Positions 18,565 through 26,829 of a stretch of 26,829 nucleotides of DNA are shown piece by piece. The stretch spans positions 1 through 26,829 of the forward strand of contig BTUT01000001.1 in the NCBI GenBank assembly GCA_045862935.1, given 5' to 3'. Source of the DNA: Acidimicrobiia bacterium (lineage in GTDB: Bacteria; Actinomycetota; Acidimicrobiia; IMCC26256; PALSA-555). The position numbers and the translations under genes are program-made. Position 1 is the first letter of the stretch, and every line of letters begins with the position of its first letter. Under the pieces are notes generated by a model. That model ran no database searches and had not been told where the DNA came from. It saw only the letters and a program-made list of their open reading frames with translations.

Positions 18565-19385
18565 GGTACGTCACCGGCACCGACGGCGTGCTGATCGGCT
18601 ACGACGCCTACGGCCCGCGCGACGGCATCCCGTTGCTGCTGATCCAGGGCTTGGGCACCGACTCGCGGGGCTGGGCCCTCCAGCGGATCGCCCTCGGCCG
18701 CAAGTACCGGTGCCTCGCCGTCGACAACCGCGGCGTGGGCGCGTCCACGAACGCTCCGCATCCGTTCGACCTCGAGCAGATGGCCCGCGACGCGGTGTCG
18801 GTGCTCGACGCCGAGGACGTCCCGACCGCGCACGTGATGGGCGCCTCGATGGGCGGCGCGATCGCGCAGATCGTCGCGGTCCGCCACGGCGAGCGGGTAC
18901 GGGGCCTGGTGCTCGCGTGCACGGCGTGCCGTCACCACGAGTGGCGCCGCGAGCTCCTGGCCGAGTGGGCCGCGAGCGTCCGGGCCAAGGGGATGGCGGC
19001 CATGGCCGGTGAGGGCATGCGCTGGCTGGTGGGCCCGCGCTTCCACCGCCGGTTCGGTCCGTGGATCAACCTGCTCGGTCGCCTCGTCCTCCAGGGCGAC
19101 CCCGAGCACTTCGCTGCACAGGTCGACGCCATCCTCGCGATGCCCGACGACCTGCGGTTCGAGCTCGGCGGCGTGCGCGCGCCGACGCTGGTGATCACCG
19201 GGTCACAGGACATGCTGACGCCGTTCGGCGACGCCGAGGAGCTCGCCGAGATGATCCCCGGCGCGCGCCTGCGCGAGCTGCGCGGTGCCGCCCACGGGCT
19301 GATGGTCGAGCAGCCGAACGCGTTCAACCACGCCGTGCTCGAGTTCCTGCGCGACGTCGACGCGCGTTCCCCCGTCGGCACCTGA
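18561..19385 (+). CDS. Alpha/beta-fold hydrolase
   Basis: LLLIQGLG oxyanion region, DNRGVG, nucleophile elbow GASMG, acid GSQD, His in AAHG. GTG overlaps the upstream TGA. Confidence 0.92.
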   Translation: MRYVTGTDGVLIGYDAYGPRDGIPLLLIQGLGTDSRGWALQRIALGRKYRCLAVDNRGVGASTNAPHPFDLEQMARDAVSVLDAEDVPTAHVMGASMGGAIAQIVAVRHGERVRGLVLACTACRHHEWRRELLAEWAASVRAKGMAAMAGEGMRWLVGPRFHRRFGPWINLLGRLVLQGDPEHFAAQVDAILAMPDDLRFELGGVRAPTLVITGSQDMLTPFGDAEELAEMIPGARLRELRGAAHGLMVEQPNAFNHAVLEFLRDVDARSPVGT

Positions 19386-19464
19386 GGCGGCTCCACCATC
19401 GAGCGGAGGGTGGTGCAACGTCGGGGTCGACTCCACCGTCGAACGGACGGAGCCGGGCGGCTCG
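19386..19464. terminator. Possible bidirectional hairpin terminator region between convergent genes
   Basis: Hairpins ccgtc-gaacg-gacgg (19436-19450) and gagcc-gggc-ggctc, plus an imperfect cacc..ggtg hairpin. No U-tract. Confidence 0.35.
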
Positions 19465-20439
19465 CTACCGGTCGCGCGTCACGAGACCTTCGACGAGGCG
19501 CCCGAGGGTCGCCGTGACGTCCGGGTCGAGACCGTCGGCGCCCGACAGCGCCTCGCACGCCTTGGTGGCGTGGTCGCGGGCGACGGCGAGCGACGCGCCG
19601 ATCGACCCGCTCTCCGTCACGATCTCCCTCGCGCGCGCGAGATGGTCGGCGTCGAGCGGCGCGCCGAGGAGCCGGCGCAGCTCGGCGCTCTCGCCGAGCG
19701 AGAAGATCACGGGCAACGTGTAGATGCCCTCGAGCAGGTCCTGGCCGGCGGGCTTGCCGAGCGCCTCGTCGGTCGAGGTGAGGTCGAGCACGTCGTCGAT
19801 CACCTGGAAGCCCATGCCGAGGTGGTGCCCGAACCGGGTGAGCGCGTCGAGCGTCGGCTCGTCGACTCCGCTCACCATGCCGCCGATGCGACAGGACGTG
19901 GCGAACAGCGCGGCCGTCTTCCCCTCGATGGCCGACGTGTAGGACTCCTCGCTGCGGCCCGGGTCGAAGAGGTGCTGGAGCTCGAGCACCTGGCCCCGGC
20001 ACAGCTCGCCGATGGTCGCGGCGAGCAGCCCGGCGACGTCGGCCCCGAGCGACGCGGCGAGACCCGACGCGCGGGCGAGCAGGTAGTCGCCGGCGAGGAT
20101 GGCCACGATGTTGCTCCAACGCGCGTTGACCGACGGAACGCCCCGCCGGGTCTCCGCTTCGTCGATCACGTCGTCGTGGTAGAGGCTCCCGAGGTGGACG
20201 AGCTCGCAGGCCACTCCGCCGGTCACCGCCTCCGGCGAGGCCGGTCGCGCGCTCTGCGCGGCGTAGGCCGCGCAGAGGGTGAGTGTGGGCCGGAGCCGCT
20301 TGCCCCCGGCCGCGACCAGGTGTGCCGCGACTTCGCCGAGGAACCGGTCCTCGTGGTCGAGAGCCTCGCGCAGCTCGGCCTCGACGCGCTCGAGGTCCGG
20401 GCGCAGCGGCGCGAGGTCGACGGCGGACGGCCCGAGCAC
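19465..20439 (-). CDS. Polyprenyl diphosphate synthase (trans-isoprenyl diphosphate synthase family)
   Basis: [53 protein letters not shown]. Start set at GTG 20439 because of the -10 element 6 nt upstream. Confidence 0.93.
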   Translation of the reverse strand: MLGPSAVDLAPLRPDLERVEAELREALDHEDRFLGEVAAHLVAAGGKRLRPTLTLCAAYAAQSARPASPEAVTGGVACELVHLGSLYHDDVIDEAETRRGVPSVNARWSNIVAILAGDYLLARASGLAASLGADVAGLLAATIGELCRGQVLELQHLFDPGRSEESYTSAIEGKTAALFATSCRIGGMVSGVDEPTLDALTRFGHHLGMGFQVIDDVLDLTSTDEALGKPAGQDLLEGIYTLPVIFSLGESAELRRLLGAPLDADHLARAREIVTESGSIGASLAVARDHATKACEALSGADGLDPDVTATLGRLVEGLVTRDR

Positions 20440-20445
20440 GGGCCC

Positions 20446-20451
20446 ACGGTA
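20446..20451 (-). promoter_or_regulatory. Candidate -10 (TACCGT) for a leaderless polyprenyl synthase transcript
   Basis: TAnnnT on the - strand exactly 6 nt before GTG 20439. Confidence 0.55.
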
Positions 20452-20534
20452 CGCACCGCGATGGCCGGCGACCAAAACCGCCCGCCACCGTGAGTGCCGG
20501 CGCGAGTGCCGGATGAGGCGGTCAGGGCGGCGGG

Positions 20535-20540
20535 TAGACT
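20535..20540 (+). promoter_or_regulatory. Candidate -10 (TAGACT) for clpC
   Basis: TAnnnT 80 nt upstream of GTG 20621, followed by hairpin cgtggc-N8-gccacg. Confidence 0.45.
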
Positions 20541-20620
20541 GGCGTGGCAGCGGTCGGCCACGGCAATCGTCCGTGATCGTCCCCGAGACCCCCGAGAGAA
20601 CCCGAGAGAGAGGCGGTGGG

Positions 20621-23113
<2,493 letters not shown>

Positions 23114-23156
23114 GTCCGTCGCCCGAGAGCGTCGCAACCCTCCGCGCACCACGGCC

Positions 23157-24122
23157 ATGACCCGACGGCTCTTCGCGGGGGTCGTCGCGCTCGCGCTCCT
23201 GTGCAGCGCGTGCGCCGTCGACGCGACGGTGACGGTGAAGGTCCGCGAAGACGGGTCGGGGACGGTCCGCGTCGACGTGGTCGCCGACGCCGAAGCCGTG
23301 CAGAACGCCGAGGTGGGCGGCGGCAAGCTCGAGGACCGGGTGCGCCTCGCCGACCTGCCCGCCGCGGGCTGGACGGTCGGACCCTGGGAGCGCGGGGAGG
23401 ACGGGTCGGCTTCGATCACGCTCTCGAAGCCCTTCACGAGCGTCGACGAGGTCCCGGGGATCCTGCGTGAGCTCAACGGCTCCGACGGGCCGCTGCGCGA
23501 GGTGGCGTTCTCGCGCGAGCGGTCGTTCTTCGCGACGGAGTTCCGCGCCGACGCGCAGGTCGACCTGGGCGCGATCGGCACGGGCATCCTCGCGGACACC
23601 GAGCTCGGCGCCCGCCTCCGTGCCCAGGGCGTGGACCCCGCAGCCGTCGACCAGCAGCTCCTCGGCCAGCTGCGCGACGCGCTCACCGTCCGGCTGGTGG
23701 TCGACCTGCCCGGACCCGGGAAGACCACCGTGGAGCCCGATCCCGGCCAGCGCGCCGCCCTGTCGTCGAGCGCCACGATCAAGGACACTCGGCGGCTCGT
23801 GCTCGTCGTGGCCGCCGGTCTCGCGCTCGTCGCGGCGATGGTGGTCGTCGTCTGGCCCCGCCGGCGCCCCCGGCGCGGTCGCTCCGGCGGGCCCGGGCGC
23901 CGGCGCGGCGAAGGTGGTGGGGGCGAAGGTGGTGGGGGCGCCGGTGGTGGGGGCGCCGGTGGTGGGGGCGAAGGTGGTGGGGGCGAAGGTGGCGCGGGCG
24001 AGAGCCGCCGCCCGAACGGCGCGGCGGGCGGTGATCGGCAGCGCCGACGCTCCTCGCGACGTGCCGTCAGCAGCGGCCCCGGTGCGCCGCCCACCAGGCC
24101 GGGAACCCGACCAACGAGCTGA
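23157..24122 (+). CDS. Putative lipoprotein with C-terminal transmembrane anchor (LppM-like architecture) and Gly-rich tail
   Basis: Signal peptide with lipobox-like LCSA|C, V.V.EDGSG motif, hydrophobic segment LVLVVAAGLALVAAMVVVVWP followed by RRR. Confidence 0.75.
   Translation: MTRRLFAGVVALALLCSACAVDATVTVKVREDGSGTVRVDVVADAEAVQNAEVGGGKLEDRVRLADLPAAGWTVGPWERGEDGSASITLSKPFTSVDEVPGILRELNGSDGPLREVAFSRERSFFATEFRADAQVDLGAIGTGILADTELGARLRAQGVDPAAVDQQLLGQLRDALTVRLVVDLPGPGKTTVEPDPGQRAALSSSATIKDTRRLVLVVAAGLALVAAMVVVVWPRRRPRRGRSGGPGRRRGEGGGGEGGGGAGGGGAGGGGEGGGGEGGAGESRRPNGAAGGDRQRRRSSRRAVSSGPGAPPTRPGTRPTS
23907..23992. repeat. 15-bp tandem repeat (~5.7 copies; ggcgaaggtggtggg / ggcgccggtggtggg in order A A B B A A)
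   Basis: Read directly; encodes GEGGG/GAGGG on the + strand. Confidence 0.9.
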
Positions 24123-24927
24123 GCACGACGTCGGAGCCGGCGTCCCGCAGCTCGTCGGCGGGGTGCGGCCCGGTGGCCACGGCGACAGCGGTGGCCCCTG
24201 CCAGTCGCGCCGCCTCGACGTCGCGCGGCGTGTCGCCCACGTAGACGGTCGCGCCTTCGGCGGTGAGAGCGTCGGCCTTGGCGGGCCCGAGCCGCCACCC
24301 GTACACCGCGTCGACCTCGATCCCGACGTGGCGCAGGCAGCGCCACGCGTTCGGCTCGTACTTGGCGGTGACCACGATCGCTCGCCCGCCACCGGAGCGG
24401 ATCGCCCCGATCGCGTCGAGCGCCCCGGGGAGCAGGAACGATCCGGGTACGCCGTGCTCCACGTAGAGCTCGCGGAAGCGGTCGGCGAGGGGCTGGGCCC
24501 GATCCGCAGGGAGCCGGTCGGCGAACTCGAGGTCGAGGTTGCGCCGGAGCAACGCATCGAGGAGCCCCGGATCCCGCAGGATCGCCCCGACGCCCTCGTG
24601 CCCATCCTCGCCGCCGCCGTCTCCGCTGCCTCCGAGGCTGCGGTCGCCGCGGTCGCCGTCTCCGCTGTCTCCGAGGCTGCGGTCGCCGTCTCCGCTGTCT
24701 CCGAGGCTGCGGTCGCCGTCTCCGCTGTCTCCGCTGTCTCCGAGGCTGCGGTCGCCGCCGCCGCCGTCTCCGCTGTCTCCGAGGCCGCCGCCGGCATCTC
24801 CGAGGCCGCAGTCGCCGCGGCCGTCGCACTCGTCGGCGAGGGCGGCGAGGGTGTCGAGGATCCCCGGCCGTGAGTCGATCAGCGTCATGTCGAGGTCGAA
24901 GCCGACCACCACGCCGCGGTCACTCAC
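24067..24927 (-). CDS. HAD-superfamily hydrolase (phosphoglycolate phosphatase-like) with a repetitive insertion
   Basis: Motif I FDLDMTLID, motif II VVTAK, motif IV YVGDTPRDV. Start at GTG 24927 is supported by TACGGT 7 nt upstream. Confidence 0.88.
   Translation of the reverse strand: MSDRGVVVGFDLDMTLIDSRPGILDTLAALADECDGRGDCGLGDAGGGLGDSGDGGGGDRSLGDSGDSGDGDRSLGDSGDGDRSLGDSGDGDRGDRSLGGSGDGGGEDGHEGVGAILRDPGLLDALLRRNLDLEFADRLPADRAQPLADRFRELYVEHGVPGSFLLPGALDAIGAIRSGGGRAIVVTAKYEPNAWRCLRHVGIEVDAVYGWRLGPAKADALTAEGATVYVGDTPRDVEAARLAGATAVAVATGPHPADELRDAGSDVVLSSLVGFPAWWAAHRGRC
24592..24825. repeat. 30-bp-based tandem repeat region (GDSGDGDRSL-like units) forming a 78-aa in-frame insert in the HAD gene
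   Basis: Perfect 30-mers at 24651-24680 and 24681-24710, with further degenerate and partial copies on both sides. Confidence 0.9.
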
Positions 24928-24934
24928 GACCAGA

Positions 24935-24940
24935 ACCGTA
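24935..24940 (-). promoter_or_regulatory. Candidate -10 (TACGGT) for a leaderless HAD transcript
   Basis: TAnnnT on the - strand, 7 nt before GTG 24927. Confidence 0.5.
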
Positions 24941-25076
24941 GATGAGCGTCCGCGGTCGTGGTGCCCTCGTGGTCCGGAGTGCGGTCGACGTTCGTGTGGG
25001 GTGATGTCAAGGAGCGGTGGGGAAGTTCGGTGGGGGAGTTCGTCGTCGGGGTGCGCGTGCCGCGGTGGCGCCGGGG

Positions 25077-26270
25077 TCACGCGGCTTCGGGTCCGGCGCG
25101 GGCTTCGGTGCCTTGTCGTGGTTGTGCGGCGGCGAGCTCGGCGAGGGCGGCGAGGTCGTCGCGGTGGATGAGCGTGAGGCCGTCGGGGCGGTGGGGGTAG
25201 CCGAGCAGGACCATCGGGCCGTGGGGGACGAGCTGGGCGTGGTGATCGGTGCTCCCGCCGGTGCAGACGCAGGCGAGGTTGGCTTGCTGGTCACCGCCGC
25301 CCCAGGAGGCGGGCCAGAGGTGATGGACCTGGAGGCCGGTGCGGCGGTCGCAGCCCGGCCAGCGGCACTTGCCGTCGCGGAGGCGCACGGCGCGTTGGAT
25401 CTTGGGCGACACGGTGGAGCGGGCCCGTCCCCGGGCGATCTCCTGGCCGTGGTGGTCGAGGAGGACCGGCTCGATGCGGGCCTGCGCCCGGAGGGATTCG
25501 ACCATCTCGTCGGGCAGGGGGATCCCGGCGATCGTCGCCGGGCCTTCCGGGGGGATCTGCACGACGAAGTGCGGTGTGGGTGTCGCAGGCGCCTCGACGT
25601 GCGCGTAGTTGCGGCACAGCTCGACGAGCGCGTCGGCGCCGCGGCGGGGACGGGTCTGCCAGGGTTGGCCCTTGGTGGGGCGCATCCTGTCGATCATCTG
25701 GTTGAGGACCGATTCGAAGAGTGCACCGTCGATGTCGGGGAGCGAGAACCGGCCGTCGAGCATCCCGGCGTCGCGTCGCCACCAGAACCGCAGCTCGCGG
25801 GCGGCGCGGCGGTCGGCACCGTCTTGGGGGGTGGGCTTGCGGCGCTTGCGCAGCTGGTCGGCGAGGTCCTCGGGCGACCAGCCCGGGCCTTCTGTCGCCC
25901 AACGCCGATCGGCGTCGGGATCGCCACCGGCGAGGTCGCTGCACACGTCGAGCTGCTCATCGGAGAGCCTGCCCTCGGCGGCCGCGTCGGCCAGGTGGGG
26001 TTGGTGCTCGAGGTTGCGGGCGGTCCTGCGTCTGCGCTGCACGTCCCGCAGGCGGGTGCCGTCCCGCCCGGCCAGGGAGTCATCGACCTTGCCGCGTTCG
26101 TCGAGCACCCGGGTCCACGCGAGCTCGCGCAGCCGCCACCGGCGTTGCTCGCGCACCGCCTGGTCGCGGGCGGCTGCGAGCCACTCGGTGGTGTGGGTGC
26201 GGGCGTCGTCGACCATCGCCTGGTAGTCGAGGAGAGCGTCGGGGTCGGAATCGAACTGGTGTTCGCCCAT
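25077..26270 (-). CDS. HNH endonuclease with DUF222/13E12-repeat-like N-terminal region (probable selfish/mobile element gene)
   Basis: C-terminal RDGKCRWPGC...QVHHL....GG.....NL..VC....HH. Helical N-terminal region with A..EGRLS.EQL and R.RELRFW...GML.GRF.L typical of actinobacterial DUF222-HNH proteins. SD GGAGGAGG. Confidence 0.85.
   Translation of the reverse strand: MGEHQFDSDPDALLDYQAMVDDARTHTTEWLAAARDQAVREQRRWRLRELAWTRVLDERGKVDDSLAGRDGTRLRDVQRRRRTARNLEHQPHLADAAAEGRLSDEQLDVCSDLAGGDPDADRRWATEGPGWSPEDLADQLRKRRKPTPQDGADRRAARELRFWWRRDAGMLDGRFSLPDIDGALFESVLNQMIDRMRPTKGQPWQTRPRRGADALVELCRNYAHVEAPATPTPHFVVQIPPEGPATIAGIPLPDEMVESLRAQARIEPVLLDHHGQEIARGRARSTVSPKIQRAVRLRDGKCRWPGCDRRTGLQVHHLWPASWGGGDQQANLACVCTGGSTDHHAQLVPHGPMVLLGYPHRPDGLTLIHRDDLAALAELAAAQPRQGTEARAGPEAA
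26251..26266. promoter_or_regulatory. LexA (SOS) box TCGAAC-TGGT-GTTCGC within codons 2-7 of the HNH gene
   Basis: Matches the actinobacterial/Gram-positive consensus TCGAAC-N4-GTTCGA with one mismatch in the outermost base. Confidence 0.7.
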
Positions 26271-26401
26271 GTGTCGATCCTCCTCCAGGGGTGTGACGCC
26301 TACGGCCTCTCCGGCAGGAGAACTCGAAGAATCTTCTCCGGGCCGGAGCTGAGGGCCGCGTCCGACCCCCGACGGCCGCGCCCACGTCCCTCCGGCGCCC
26401 T

Positions 26402-26779
26402 GTGTCCCGCCCGGGCGACGGCGAGGTGCGCGCCGTGTTCTCGGGGCGGGGCCGCCAGCACGATCCCGACGCCGAGCCGCTGTCGGTGATCGTCGCGGCG
26501 CTCAACGAGCGGTTCGGTACCGAGTTCACCGAGGCCGACCAGCTGCTCTTCGACCAGTACGTCGAGACGTGCACCGCGGATCCCGAGATCGCGGCGCAGG
26601 CCCGCAACAACACCTACGACAACTTCCGGCTCGTCTTCGATCGTGAGCTGCTGGCCACGATCCTGCGCCGCCACGACGACAACGACGGCATCCTGAAGCG
26701 CATCCTCGACGACGACGAGTTCCGCGGCGTCTTCACCACCCTCATCGCAGAAGAGGTGTACCGGCGCGCCGCGGCGTGA
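26402..26779 (+). pseudogene. Isolated C-terminal ~125 aa of a type I restriction enzyme R subunit (HsdR); remnant or stand-alone domain
   Basis: EPLSVIVAALNERFGTEFTEADQLLFDQ...AQARNNTYDNF...N..I..RILDD.EF......VY resembles the extreme C-terminus of a widespread HsdR subfamily (recognised from memory). No nuclease or helicase motifs, no clear SD, and the upstream in-frame sequence is not HsdR-like. Confidence 0.7.
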
Positions 26780-26829
26780 TCGTCGACGCGTGCGTCGCGG
26801 CCCGACCAGGTGACGTCCAGCCACACATG

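Noticed and set aside
24592-24825. Repeat arrays (here and at 17609, 18466, 23907) as possible CRISPR arrays
   Set aside because: Units are directly contiguous with no unique spacers, are in-frame within genes, and no cas genes are present.
24928-25076. HNH gene as HEARO/IscB (OMEGA)-type RNA-guided system, and a TTGACA (-, 25005-25010) as a -35
   Set aside because: No RuvC motifs or PLMP start. The flanking DNA is short with no convincing large RNA structure by eye. The TTGACA has no TAnnnT at 16-18 nt spacing.
26311-26346. Weak inverted repeat ggagaa-N11-ttctcc upstream of the HNH gene as an element end
   Set aside because: Only 6 bp of stem, and no matching sequence was found at the other side of the gene.
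26776-26829. Possible new gene starting GTG-ATC-GTC-GAC (MIVDAC...), reminiscent of a PIN-domain start
   Set aside because: Only 18 codons are visible and the following residues are not diagnostic.

Overview
High-GC (by eye >70%) actinobacterial chromosome segment. An Acidimicrobiia-like source is an inference from gene order and content. The core is a housekeeping/cofactor cluster on the + strand: a 49-aa membrane ORF, DUF2342 metalloprotease, tilS, hpt, folE, folP, a PTP-like gene, folB, folK, a DUF2520 reductase, panC, panD, nadB, nadC, coaX and lysS. It is followed by an SDR/acyltransferase-like/hydrolase trio, a convergent polyprenyl synthase, and clpC. On the left, on the - strand, are a cytochrome P450 and the 5' part of a CtpH/CtpI-like giant P-type ATPase. 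On the right are a lipoprotein-like gene, a HAD phosphatase, a DUF222-type HNH endonuclease gene with an SOS box in its first codons, and an orphan C-terminal fragment of a type I restriction R subunit. No rRNA, tRNA or CRISPR array was seen. The most interesting observations are: (1) a candidate structured leader RNA in front of the pan/nad/coaX genes; (2) apparent pseudoenzymes (PTP with C->H, acyltransferase lacking its catalytic His and FPEG); (3) an unannotated small membrane protein; (4) pervasive in-frame tandem-repeat expansions, including a 78-aa insert in the HAD enzyme; (5) the SOS-boxed HNH element next to an hsdR remnant. All family assignments come from motif recognition by eye; no database searches were run.
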